DNA of 43,897 bases from a virus. Taxonomy: Duplodnaviria > Caudoviricetes. The position numbers and the translations under genes are program-made. The notes under the pieces were generated by a model. The model saw nothing but the letters and a program-made list of their open reading frames with translations. It ran no database searches and had not been told where the DNA came from. How positions within the stretch are numbered: the stretch's first letter is position 1; every line of letters begins with the position of its first letter. Location: positions 1-43,897 of IMG/VR virus record IMGVR_UViG_3300027419_000009; one strand, given 5' to 3'. Below, in pieces: positions 1-9,143 of the stretch.

Positions 1-127
1 ACATGTATAGCTTTTCGTTTTTCATGTCCATTATTAATTTCGATCTGAATAAGATTTTCCCTGATAAGATCCTTGGTTTGCCTGTAAATATATTCAACGC
101 TAGCTTGATAATAAATGCTAACATCGA
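1..127. repeat. Terminal overlap, identical to 43771-43897 (circular assembly)
   Basis: Exact 127-bp direct repeat at both contig ends; an ORF reads through the junction; 127 is a common assembler k-mer size. Confidence 0.95.
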
Positions 128-467
128 TCGTTTCAGCCAAAATTTTTTGAGATTTCTCAATGAGCCTATAATCTGATAGCAGTTTTTCTTTTTTATGTTT
201 AAAATTTTCATCGCTTTCTGTTCGATTTTTAGCCAGCTGATTTTCTACCCAGTGGTAGGTAGATTCCTGGTCATCTGATTCTTCCCAACCCAGCGCTGTT
301 AGGATGGGATACCAACCCTCTCCGGGGTTCTCCCCGACAGGGAGACATATGTAGTCTCCATCTTCATCACTTGCAGCCCAAACCCGGAAACTACTTTTTG
401 CCAGTGCGTTTCGGGTCTCAATGCAATCTGTTATTTTTTGAATGTTTTGAAGTGTGTATTTTTTCAT
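1..467 (-). CDS. Early hypothetical protein (162 aa) spanning the circular junction, continuing 43770->43749
   Basis: Not in ORF track. ATG at 467 with AAAGGAG RBS; MKKYTLQNIQKITDCIETRNALAKSSFRVWAA...KRKAIHVVNGYLS, TAG stop at 43749-43751 after joining the ends. Confidence 0.85.
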   Translation of the reverse strand, partial: MKKYTLQNIQKITDCIETRNALAKSSFRVWAASDEDGDYICLPVGENPGEGWYPILTALGWEESDDQESTYHWVENQLAKNRTESDENFKHKKEKLLSDYRLIEKSQKILAETIDVSIYYQASVEYIYRQTKDLIRENLIQIEINNGHEKRKAIH

Positions 468-511
468 TGCTGACTCCTTTATTTAATTTGTTTTATTAAT
501 CTAATAATATA

Positions 512-560
512 AATATATATCAGATCGGTATGGCTGTCAAGCATTTTTTTATTATTTTTA
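512..560 (-). promoter_or_regulatory. Strong sigma70-type early promoter P1
   Basis: Minus strand TTGACA (540-535), 17 bp, TATATT (517-512); A-rich UP-like tract upstream and AAAGGAG RBS downstream. Confidence 0.85.
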
Positions 561-604
561 TAAAATTTTTTATTCATTTGATTTTATTAGATTTAACTAT
601 ATTT

Positions 605-638
605 TAAGGGGAGAATATTTTTATAATATCCCCCCTTA
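605..638 (-). terminator. Stem-loop, possible terminator or processing hairpin upstream of P1
   Basis: TAAGGGGGGATATT-ATAAA-AATATTCTCCCCTTA; G.U pair works on the minus strand, but there is no U-tract. Confidence 0.4.
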
Positions 639-710
639 CCATCCTATTTTTATTCCAGTTTTTTTATTAACATCGGTTTATGATCTGGCAATATAACCCA
701 GTCCCGATGA

Positions 711-1211
711 TCATAATTCCACCCCCAATTTTTTATATTCATTTTTAATATCATCCGGCATGATTGGATAAAAAATTTTCCGGGAAAGTCTTATGTATTC
801 ATTGCGATCTTCAAGGATAATAAGATCGTTCCTTGATATTCCAGTTACATTTTCCCATGCGTCAATAAAATCATTCTCAGCCTTTATCATTCTCTGATCA
901 GCCTGAATTAAAGGGCAACTATCATCATTTACTTTTATTCCTAATTGTTTGCGAGCCTTTATTACTTCAGCCCAAAATATCTGATAGTCTGATTCATTCA
1001 GATGATACGATAAATCTGGATTGATAACAATTTCATTATTAAATATGCTTTTAAAACTGTGTTCTTTTAATATTTTTCCCTCATAATCCATAACAATTTT
1101 TTTAGTTTTAATATACTCAATCAGTGCCATAAAATACTGTTTCATTAGCTCTATATATTCATCCGGTGGGTTTTTTATTTTATCAATGTTTCTAAATATT
1201 ATATTTTTCAT
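711..1211 (-). CDS. Early hypothetical protein (166 aa)
   Basis: ORF with GAGG RBS, in the cassette driven by P2. Confidence 0.75.
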   Translation of the reverse strand: MKNIIFRNIDKIKNPPDEYIELMKQYFMALIEYIKTKKIVMDYEGKILKEHSFKSIFNNEIVINPDLSYHLNESDYQIFWAEVIKARKQLGIKVNDDSCPLIQADQRMIKAENDFIDAWENVTGISRNDLIILEDRNEYIRLSRKIFYPIMPDDIKNEYKKLGVEL

Positions 1212-1234
1212 GTTTTAACCTCTTTTCTTAAAAT

Positions 1235-1594
1235 TTATATTTTAAAAATATCATCTGATTGTTTGATGATTTTATGAAGCTCAACATACTCATTCTCTCC
1301 CATTAACTCATAATCAGAGATCATATTATTTAAATGTTTTCTGAAATTTCGGTATCTATTTCTAAGGGGAGAATAGGTATTTAAGCTCATTATAAGATCA
1401 CGGATTTTATTAAGATTTCCAAAGAAATAATCAATAATGATTTGTTGAGATTCCCCCTTTGCGTCTGGAAGATTTCCAACATTAAGAGGAATTGGGTCAT
1501 TAATTTCTGATTTTTTATCAACGAAATAATAGCGCCCCAAATCATCTGTCTGAATTGTAAAATTTTTAATACTGAAAGTGAAAAGAGTTTTCAT
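1235..1594 (-). CDS. Early hypothetical protein (119 aa)
   Basis: ORF with AGGAG RBS, tightly packed. Confidence 0.75.
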   Translation of the reverse strand: MKTLFTFSIKNFTIQTDDLGRYYFVDKKSEINDPIPLNVGNLPDAKGESQQIIIDYFFGNLNKIRDLIMSLNTYSPLRNRYRNFRKHLNNMISDYELMGENEYVELHKIIKQSDDIFKI

Positions 1595-1605
1595 TTTTTT
1601 ATCTC

Positions 1606-1926
1606 CTATCTGGCAAAAAAATTACATACTGAATCAAACATACTTTCGGTGTCCAGGATTTCGATCTCATTTATATCATCAATTGTGGCTAATGGATCTC
1701 CATATTTCGCGCAGGCAGTCTGATAATAGCATTTGTCTAATTTATTACAATGGGAGTGATCTATAGTTATTAATTCACCACGCAGATATGCTAAAACATC
1801 TGATTTATCTACGTTAACTAGAATATCTAATTCAGCTTCCGGATCAGTCCCGTCTAAAACTATACTGGCAGTCATTGTTTCGTAGTTGATTAACATTACT
1901 GATTTTTTTGTTGTGGTTTTTTTCAT
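1606..1926 (-). CDS. Early hypothetical protein (106 aa, acidic, HxHC-x4-C-x5-C cluster)
   Basis: First ORF after promoter P2, AAGGA RBS. Confidence 0.75.
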   Translation of the reverse strand: MKKTTTKKSVMLINYETMTASIVLDGTDPEAELDILVNVDKSDVLAYLRGELITIDHSHCNKLDKCYYQTACAKYGDPLATIDDINEIEILDTESMFDSVCNFFAR

Positions 1927-1968
1927 CTCTTACATCCTTTTATTTAATTTTATTAACTTAATAATGCT

Positions 1969-2020
1969 AATATACATCGTGTCAGTTTCGCTGTCAAGCA
2001 TTTTTTTTATTTTTTTAATA
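1969..2020 (-). promoter_or_regulatory. Strong sigma70-type early promoter P2 (paralog of P1)
   Basis: Minus strand TTGACA (1997-1992), 17 bp, TATATT (1974-1969); shares AAAAAAATGCTTGACAGC with P1. Confidence 0.85.
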
Positions 2021-2039
2021 AATATTTGAAAATAAATAT

Positions 2040-2166
2040 ATATAGTATTGATACTCTATAAATAGGGTATGGATACCCACACTGCAATAAGTAAAGAATA
2101 AGTAAAGAATAAGTAAAGAATATAAAGGGTATTTTATAGGGTATCTATAGACTATTGATACCCTAT
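2040..2166. repeat. Origin-like iteron array A with 3x 11-bp A-rich tandem repeat
   Basis: Quasi-palindromic 9-mers ATA(G/C)N(G/C)TAT at 2051, 2062, 2136, 2147, 2158 (11-bp period); (AATAAGTAAAG)x3 at 2086-2118; 2051-2127 is the inverted copy of 21981-22057. Confidence 0.8.
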
Positions 2167-2167
2167 A

Positions 2168-4618
2168 TTATTTTTGCGGAAGATTGATCGATATTGGGTA
2201 TTCTCTCTGGGTTCCATCTGGCAGCTGGAATTTTAAGATTATAAACGGGGTATTAGTGGAAAGCTCTATATCATCACCATAGCCGCCGATCTCATAGCCG
2301 GCATAATATGAGGCGGTTTGATGGTCAACTGGATTGTCTATGAAATAGACTGACCCACCGGCAGCCCATTTAGACAGAAAAACAATCCCGGCTCCCACCC
2401 GGTCATTTACTCGGTCTAGGATCCCCTGAATTTGCGAAGTGCAATCTACCGAGACATAATGATATTCAGAATCGTTTGGGACAGAAACTGAAATAAGATT
2501 ATCTCCTGTTACATCCAGCCCGAACCATTTGTTGCTGATATAAAAATTATTTTCCCCCGGCTCTCCCGTTGAGTTTGGATTATATGTATGGCATTGTAGA
2601 TTATAATAATTTTCCGGGTCCGGTGTCGGATCCGGGACTGTAGGGGATGTTGTATCAAAAGTATAGCCCACCCAATCACCCTGAGCTGGCGGAATTGAAG
2701 CACCCCACGACCTGGTATAATGAATCCCGAAATATCCAGAGGGTCTGATTCCCCCGGGATCAATCATGCTTTTGAAACTCCATGATACCGGTCCCTGGTA
2801 ATGTAGGTTTTCCGGGTTGTAACAAGGCGACCGGAACTTACACGATGAATGGACATCGCAGGCGTTCATCTGTCCACCCCTGCGCATCGCTAAATTACAA
2901 TTTCCAGACCCGGTTCCGTTCTGATTCATACAGCCCCATAATCCAGTTTGTTCATATGCAACAATACAGGCTAGATCTACAGACGACAAGGTTGACACTG
3001 TCATTTTTATTTGCTTTGTTAAATTTATCATCTGCCCATGCCAGGATTTTGGAGACGGGCTAATGTCTTGCGTTGAATATGTCAGTCTTTGGGCTTTAGT
3101 TACTTTCGCGCTCAGGTAGGCGGTAGCTGAAACAATTGAGGCTCCGTATCCCTTCAATGCGACAAAAAAATCTATCGGCAATCTATAAATAATGGCATTG
3201 TGATATGCCCTTGTCCGGTCATAATTACCCGTTGATGGATTGAGGTAGGCGAACTCATTGGAACCCAATGGCTGACTCTCAGCCCCCCCTGCATAATAAG
3301 GCTCCCGTAGTGCATTTGAGGATGGCATCCATTCGGTCCCCCCTGAATATTCACCCCAGGGTAAATCACGGGTCGCAGTGTATTGTATTTGTTCTATGCC
3401 AGAATAATCCAATCTAACTGTATCCATAGATTTTAGGACTGTCCTAATATTCTCTATGGTTGATTTTTTGGCAAGGCTTTCCTGCGTGATGGCAGTAAAT
3501 TCGATCCGGTAACATCTCCCAGGAAGATTGTTTTTTCTTGTTTCCTGGTAAGTTTCCGTAAAAGTTATTTTCCCAGTAGTTGGGTTGATTGTGTAATCAG
3601 TCCCATGGACTAGGGTTTTATCCCCTGAAGCCCCTGAAGTGTTTTTTTGATTGATAATCCGGTCAACAATCTCAGTAACCGTTATTGTTTGGCTGGGATC
3701 GATAAATCCAGTTGAACCGATTTTAAAACTTGCGTCATCCGGGATCCCAATTTCATTTACCGTTCCAGTTTCATCCCAAAGCTCTATATAATCCAGTCTA
3801 AATTGTTTTGCAATAACAGCTACTCCATTACCGCCCTCAATTGTTAAATTTAAATTTTCAGGTTGTGATATATCAGACGGAAGATTTTGAACCTGATACT
3901 CAGCGTGATGGGCATAATTTGAGATTGCTTTTTTTATCAGGTATTTTTTCCCGATATAAGAGGAATTAGAAGGGCAGGCGGTAACCTCTAAAACATCATT
4001 CGTCTTTGCCTTGTTTTGATAATCCCATTGTCTGGCAGCTGGTTCACCTGTAGCAATATTCATCCATGGGGTTCTGCCGACTACATTACCACCCCCGTAA
4101 TATGACCATGATCCCTGAGTTTCCCCTAATAGCACCTCTTCCGGTGTCCATGAACCGCCACCCTCTTTTGCTTTCAGATATTTGATTTCTCGGCTGGATG
4201 GTTTGACCAAATATCCGCTGGAATATTGAGATTGGAAACCACCGGTTAAAACCATAGAATCAACCCAAGTCCCTATATTTATGGGCTGATAAAAAGGGCA
4301 ATCCGTTCTAATACATTTTCCAAATTGTCCCCGTGGAACTTTGATATTTTTTTCACAAGTCCAGCAATTTACATCTTCTCTTTTTGTCCCGAAAGTTATT
4401 GATCTGCCATTGGGAAAAGTTATGGTCTGCCCCGCCCTTGTCTGGCTATCGGTAGTGTCATATCTGCAATGACGGGCAACTGAATATATAAAATTAATCT
4501 CCGGATAACTCTTAACCAATTCCCCGGATTGATAAGATTCTATCATTCCGGTGGCTGGAACTCTTGCCCATACTGTCATTATGGATTTTGTTTTTTGTTG
4601 ATGGCTTATATTATCCAA
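2168..4618 (-). CDS. Large Cys-rich tail tip / receptor-binding-like protein (816 aa); in frame with the upstream ORF across one TAG
   Basis: Last gene of the tail module; beta/Gly/Ser/Thr-rich; 'LVHGTDYTINPTTGKITF' motif typical of tail proteins; Cys clusters. Confidence 0.65.
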   Translation of the reverse strand: MDNISHQQKTKSIMTVWARVPATGMIESYQSGELVKSYPEINFIYSVARHCRYDTTDSQTRAGQTITFPNGRSITFGTKREDVNCWTCEKNIKVPRGQFGKCIRTDCPFYQPINIGTWVDSMVLTGGFQSQYSSGYLVKPSSREIKYLKAKEGGGSWTPEEVLLGETQGSWSYYGGGNVVGRTPWMNIATGEPAARQWDYQNKAKTNDVLEVTACPSNSSYIGKKYLIKKAISNYAHHAEYQVQNLPSDISQPENLNLTIEGGNGVAVIAKQFRLDYIELWDETGTVNEIGIPDDASFKIGSTGFIDPSQTITVTEIVDRIINQKNTSGASGDKTLVHGTDYTINPTTGKITFTETYQETRKNNLPGRCYRIEFTAITQESLAKKSTIENIRTVLKSMDTVRLDYSGIEQIQYTATRDLPWGEYSGGTEWMPSSNALREPYYAGGAESQPLGSNEFAYLNPSTGNYDRTRAYHNAIIYRLPIDFFVALKGYGASIVSATAYLSAKVTKAQRLTYSTQDISPSPKSWHGQMINLTKQIKMTVSTLSSVDLACIVAYEQTGLWGCMNQNGTGSGNCNLAMRRGGQMNACDVHSSCKFRSPCYNPENLHYQGPVSWSFKSMIDPGGIRPSGYFGIHYTRSWGASIPPAQGDWVGYTFDTTSPTVPDPTPDPENYYNLQCHTYNPNSTGEPGENNFYISNKWFGLDVTGDNLISVSVPNDSEYHYVSVDCTSQIQGILDRVNDRVGAGIVFLSKWAAGGSVYFIDNPVDHQTASYYAGYEIGGYGDDIELSTNTPFIILKFQLPDGTQREYPISINLPQK

Positions 4619-4621
4619 TTT

Positions 4622-5887
4622 CTAATCTCCGGTAATCATATTAAAAGATTTTTCGCCCTCAGAGGGTAGCCAATTACGAAGCTCCCCGATGATATCCCCG
4701 GTAGAACCTGACCCTGTTATATAAACATTGGGATCATTGTCATCTATGAACCCTGTCGGCGCACCCAGTAGCCTATAAAAATACCCATTATCAATATGGG
4801 TAACCGAGTCCGTATCTGTCCAGAACCGCCAATAAGCCCCTGAAACATATCCAGAGGATGAATTACTAAGCTCCTGAATAAAACCCCCTTGAGCGGGAAA
4901 AGTATGGGTATCAACTTCACCCTGCCCTGGATCTCCCATTTGCGTTGCTGTCCCCATAAAATAATCCCCCAGCAATCCTACGATTGAGGGACCGGAACGC
5001 TGTGATATGACAGCCTTTGCGATAACCGTTGATTGGAGAGTTTCAATTAAAACAGAAATCTTTTTTTCTCTATACATCCACCGATTGACTATATCATGAA
5101 GGCAATTTGCAACCCTTTTAAAACCTTCATTTTCACTATCGAAATCTGGACATGATATATTTTTACATGATCCTGAATTTGTTCCCTGATATTCAGTTGT
5201 CCGGTTTTTAAGGCAGAGATTTTCCCATCCCTGACCATTACCATCCAGATCAAGATGATAATTCCAGCACCTATTTTTTTCTTTAGCTTCCAATCTGCGC
5301 CACGGGGTAGCAACATACCGCCAAACTCTAATGGAGTCTCCGGCTTTTATCATCTCCCCTGAATATCCAGCCAACTTAAATCTTTCATTATCCGGGTCAA
5401 TTTCGGAAACCCGGTAAAACCTTCCGGTAAATAATCCGCTGGTTATCTCAACAATGTCCCGAACCTGTAGCCGGGTGTAAAGAGTGTCAATACCGGCTTC
5501 CATAGCGATAGAGCTGAAATCTTCAGTAGTGTAAAACCAATCAGAACTAACATAATCAACCGTTAAATATTTCCGATATACAGAGGCATGATGGCGGTCA
5601 ATATCAAGATATCCAGAAATGGGTATCGTAACCCCTGCCTCGGTATAGTCTATGGTCAATGGAACCATACAAGACGGGACTCGGTTTACAATCCATTCCA
5701 GAGCGTCAACAACTGCCATTAATTCTTTAAATACTTTGGTTTTTATCTTGTCTGATTCTTGAGCTTCAGGAAAGGTTTTGAAATCATTTCGGATCTTGGT
5801 TTTACAAGTAGAATCTGGGCATTTACAGGAAGGCTTATAAACTAATTCAGGGGAAGTGATTTCTGTAAAATTGAATAAATGGGACAT
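4622..5887 (-). CDS. Cys-containing tail tip protein (421 aa)
   Basis: Position in tail module; N-terminal CKCPDSTC and internal C-x20-C...CxxxxC motifs. Confidence 0.6.
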   Translation of the reverse strand: MSHLFNFTEITSPELVYKPSCKCPDSTCKTKIRNDFKTFPEAQESDKIKTKVFKELMAVVDALEWIVNRVPSCMVPLTIDYTEAGVTIPISGYLDIDRHHASVYRKYLTVDYVSSDWFYTTEDFSSIAMEAGIDTLYTRLQVRDIVEITSGLFTGRFYRVSEIDPDNERFKLAGYSGEMIKAGDSIRVWRYVATPWRRLEAKEKNRCWNYHLDLDGNGQGWENLCLKNRTTEYQGTNSGSCKNISCPDFDSENEGFKRVANCLHDIVNRWMYREKKISVLIETLQSTVIAKAVISQRSGPSIVGLLGDYFMGTATQMGDPGQGEVDTHTFPAQGGFIQELSNSSSGYVSGAYWRFWTDTDSVTHIDNGYFYRLLGAPTGFIDDNDPNVYITGSGSTGDIIGELRNWLPSEGEKSFNMITGD

Positions 5888-5899
5888 TTTGAAAATCCT

Positions 5900-6256
5900 T
5901 TATTCTGCAAAGTAAAAACCGTAGCCATCTTCCCCGGTTGAGAAAGTCCCGCCCCCATATAAAAACATAAAACCGCCCGGAGTAAAGCCGATTTCAGCAA
6001 TATCGTTAGTCGAATATTCGTAACCGTTTAATGCTGTTAATGGAGTCATCAAGCAGGCGGAAACTCCCCGGCTATAAAGGTCAATCAAATAACCATCGTA
6101 TTGATTTTCACCTTGTTCATTTTTCCCCAGATAGGTTCTGATCTGGCAGATTAACCGGCGCGCTTCTCCGGATTCGCCTATGACCTTTGGCAGCTGGGAA
6201 GCAACACTATCAATATTTTTTTGGTTATGGATTATATTATCAATAATGCCCGGCAT
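5900..6256 (-). CDS. Small tail tip / spike-like protein (118 aa)
   Basis: Position after the tape-measure-like gene; N-terminal helix, beta core, Gly-rich end. Confidence 0.45.
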   Translation of the reverse strand: MPGIIDNIIHNQKNIDSVASQLPKVIGESGEARRLICQIRTYLGKNEQGENQYDGYLIDLYSRGVSACLMTPLTALNGYEYSTNDIAEIGFTPGGFMFLYGGGTFSTGEDGYGFYFAE

Positions 6257-6257
6257 A

Positions 6258-7448
6258 TTAATTCATCCCCTGATAATTGCGCTGCTCTTTATTGACATTT
6301 CCATTTGATTTATTTTTATTTTCCAAGGCAGTTATAAGTTTATCAATCCGGTAAAATAATCCAGCGTCTTCTGGGGTCATGGTCTTATTTTCCATCCGTT
6401 TTTCAGCCTCGAAAATCTTATTAGCCTGATCCGGTATGTATTGTTGCACCTTCTGCATAGCCGGCGCGTTGATCCCATAATATTTCATTAGATTTTCAGC
6501 CGACTGGTTATTGGATTGAATCTTTGATTCCCCGGCTGATAACTTATTAATCTCAGCCTCTGATTGTCTGATACCTTCCTCGGCTTGCTGCATTTCCCGT
6601 TTATTATATGCCTGAGTATTTTTTATCGCCTGTTTTTGTGAGGCTGTCAATGATTTTTCCCAATCTTCCTGTTTAACCCCTACCGGTTTTTTAGGTAATG
6701 GAATTGAAGGACTTAATATTTCCTGACCTTTTACCGCTCTCATGGCAGCTAAATTTAGAAATTGAGTCCTGTATTTTTGTTCTTGCTCAGGGGTTAGTGT
6801 TGCATTTTTTAGATTACCGACAGTCTCTTTTGACATTCCCAGAGATTCAGCAATTGACGATATATCACCGTTTAAAAATTGTTCTGCCACAGCTGAAGGA
6901 TCAGCTTTTTTTATTTTGGCTATCTGGATAACCTGTCTTATCTGATTATCAGATAACTGGCTTGCGCCTTTAACCGAGAACATTTCAGCAATTTTATCAG
7001 CCTTAATATCTTTCCCAGCTGTCTTTTTTGCAATATTTATTTTATTCTGCAAATCTTCAGGTTTAATAAACTCGCCTGAAATTGCGTTTTGTCCTAAAGT
7101 TTTCTCTTTAGCCTTTTTAAGATCATCTAATTCTCTTTTAGCTTCCTTTATTTTTGATATGAAATATTCTACACCGGATGCAGCAATTGCCCAGACTGAT
7201 AACCCAAGTCCCAGCTGTGCAACCGCCCCTGATAATGCCCTAACTGCACCCCTAGCCCCATAGACCTTTTTTCCTAATTGTCCCTCAAATTGATCGCCCC
7301 ATGATTTCGTTGCTTTTTTAGATTTTTTCTCACCATCAACCGCAGACTGTGCAACCTTATCAATATCACCGGCAGCCTTTTGCGCTCCCTGTGCAGTGTC
7401 CGGCTGAATACCAACTTTTATGTTTACATCATTATTTTGATTTGCCAT
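6258..7448 (-). CDS. Short tape-measure-like or ejection protein (396 aa)
   Basis: 'DVNIKVGIQPDT' TMP-like N-terminus, Ala/Gly hydrophobic segment (AVAQLGLGLSVWAIAASGV), helical K/Q/A-rich body. Confidence 0.6.
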   Translation of the reverse strand: MANQNNDVNIKVGIQPDTAQGAQKAAGDIDKVAQSAVDGEKKSKKATKSWGDQFEGQLGKKVYGARGAVRALSGAVAQLGLGLSVWAIAASGVEYFISKIKEAKRELDDLKKAKEKTLGQNAISGEFIKPEDLQNKINIAKKTAGKDIKADKIAEMFSVKGASQLSDNQIRQVIQIAKIKKADPSAVAEQFLNGDISSIAESLGMSKETVGNLKNATLTPEQEQKYRTQFLNLAAMRAVKGQEILSPSIPLPKKPVGVKQEDWEKSLTASQKQAIKNTQAYNKREMQQAEEGIRQSEAEINKLSAGESKIQSNNQSAENLMKYYGINAPAMQKVQQYIPDQANKIFEAEKRMENKTMTPEDAGLFYRIDKLITALENKNKSNGNVNKEQRNYQGMN

Positions 7449-7454
7449 ATTTTT

Positions 7455-9143
7455 TTATCCATTCGACAAACTTATAACCGTCTCAAATTTTATGAAATCA
7501 TGGGTTATGGATATAACATTTAATCCGGTATTAATATCATAATCTCCAATCCGTAAAGATTGAAAAATCCTTTTCATATTCACCGATTCAAATTTTTTAA
7601 TTTCATTCATAGTCCGGGTTAATTTATTTATAAGCCCCTGCCTGAATAACTCCCCATCATTAATTAATTCTGAGCTTATCATCTCATAACCAGATAAATC
7701 ACCCCCAAGATCATAGGCTGGTATGATAGCCCCGGATAATATGTATGCCCCTGGGTTGGCTGTAATTCCCTGTGTCCCGGTAACTATATAACGATAACGG
7801 GAGTCGTTTATAAATTCAATCCGTTCAAAATCTAAATGACCTTGTTTCCCAGTGTTAACCCATAGCCTTTCCGGAACTTCAAAAGTTGCTGTCAGATAAA
7901 CATCCCCCAGTTCATGAATATAATAAATTTTCCCAGTGGTCTGATTCTGGCAAAATGCAAGTTCATCATCTAATTCAATATAAACATCTTGTCCAGCTGT
8001 ATTCTGGATAAATTTAAAACCCTGAGTAACCCAAGACAGATCTTTAGTATCATAGGTTATATGACCGTAAAGATTGTTTAACCCTGTGTTATTCACCCAT
8101 AAATAGCATTTTGTCGGCTTGGCAGGATAAAGAGAATCATATAATAATTCTTTAACAACTGTCGGGTAAATTTGTCTCAGCTGCCAGTCGTCAGGTGTTG
8201 CACCGGTTTCAGAATCATAAACATCCCAAGCTGGTAAAGCCCAGCGTTGGAATACATTTTTATACAAATCTTTTTTTGTGGTTTTTAATGTAAAATTACC
8301 GTTAGTCCCAATCAAATCATTTTCAAGATCAGGATTCCAAGCCGGTATTAATTTAATGGTAGTCTCAATCCTTTTTTTAGCCCCCAGACCATACAGATGA
8401 TTAGTAACCTCAGAATAATCATAACGGATTGAACCGGAAGCGATATTGGCAGCCCCACCTTCACTATCTTTCCAATTCCTGTTTTTTTTGCCGGGGATTA
8501 ATCTAATATTAGGGTTATTCGCTGACCCGAATTTCCAGAATTCTAATTTTTGCTCTCCCCCTGCAAGGTAAAGAATCCGATGAGTAAGATTATCCTCGCA
8601 TTGCCATAAAACATCCCGAATGAAAGATCCTACTTGCTTACCCTCTGATTTTGTTTCACCCATCGTATCTGTCGGAAAAGTGTCTTTAGTCCATTGCAGG
8701 GATGTTTCAGATTTATAAAGTGCTTCTTCTATCATATCCCCAGCATTATAGCCGGTCAGGTTAACCTGAGAATAAACCTGCGAATTATACCGGTTGAACC
8801 ATGCCATCAACGGTATGTTGTTTAAATCGGTTAAATCGTTCGAGCAAATCCAAACAGTTTTTGATGGGTGTAAATCATTTTCAGGCTCCCTTAATTGCCC
8901 GGAAAAAATAGAGTTAGGGTAATGATCGCGGTCAAAATAAATTATGATAGAATCCCCTGATTTATAAGGGGAAATCTCACCAAATATATTTATAGGAAAT
9001 TCTATGGTTGCAGTATCAGGGTTCAGCCCTGCATTTAGAGAAATATTAATCAGCTTAACATTTTCGACTTTAGAACCATTGATATAAATTTCATATTCTG
9101 GCTGTCGTAAAATATCTAAATCTCCATTATTGGGTATCATCAT
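7455..9143 (-). CDS. Baseplate hub / Tal (gp27-like) tail protein (562 aa)
   Basis: Hub-like pattern: 'YEIYINGSKV..ISLNAGLNPDTATIEF..GDSIIIY..IFSGQL', 'YDYSEVTNHLYGLG', C-terminal 'LRIGD..VISITHDF..TVISLS'. Confidence 0.65.
   Translation of the reverse strand: MMIPNNGDLDILRQPEYEIYINGSKVENVKLINISLNAGLNPDTATIEFPINIFGEISPYKSGDSIIIYFDRDHYPNSIFSGQLREPENDLHPSKTVWICSNDLTDLNNIPLMAWFNRYNSQVYSQVNLTGYNAGDMIEEALYKSETSLQWTKDTFPTDTMGETKSEGKQVGSFIRDVLWQCEDNLTHRILYLAGGEQKLEFWKFGSANNPNIRLIPGKKNRNWKDSEGGAANIASGSIRYDYSEVTNHLYGLGAKKRIETTIKLIPAWNPDLENDLIGTNGNFTLKTTKKDLYKNVFQRWALPAWDVYDSETGATPDDWQLRQIYPTVVKELLYDSLYPAKPTKCYLWVNNTGLNNLYGHITYDTKDLSWVTQGFKFIQNTAGQDVYIELDDELAFCQNQTTGKIYYIHELGDVYLTATFEVPERLWVNTGKQGHLDFERIEFINDSRYRYIVTGTQGITANPGAYILSGAIIPAYDLGGDLSGYEMISSELINDGELFRQGLINKLTRTMNEIKKFESVNMKRIFQSLRIGDYDINTGLNVISITHDFIKFETVISLSNG

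Noticed and set aside
1-127. Biological direct terminal repeat
   Set aside because: Exactly 127 bp and falls inside an ORF; best explained as assembler overlap of a circular or permuted genome
2086-2118. CRISPR-like or mini-array
   Set aside because: Contiguous 11-bp tandem units with no spacers; fits the A-rich part of an origin
2168-4618. Diversity-generating retroelement target
   Set aside because: No reverse transcriptase and no TR/VR repeat pair differing at adenines was seen
4622-4624. Genome-wide TAG reassignment (code 15)
   Set aside because: Long ORFs are intact in code 11, TAG is a real stop elsewhere (15181, 30736, overlapping the next gene's AGGAG RBS), and no suppressor tRNA was seen
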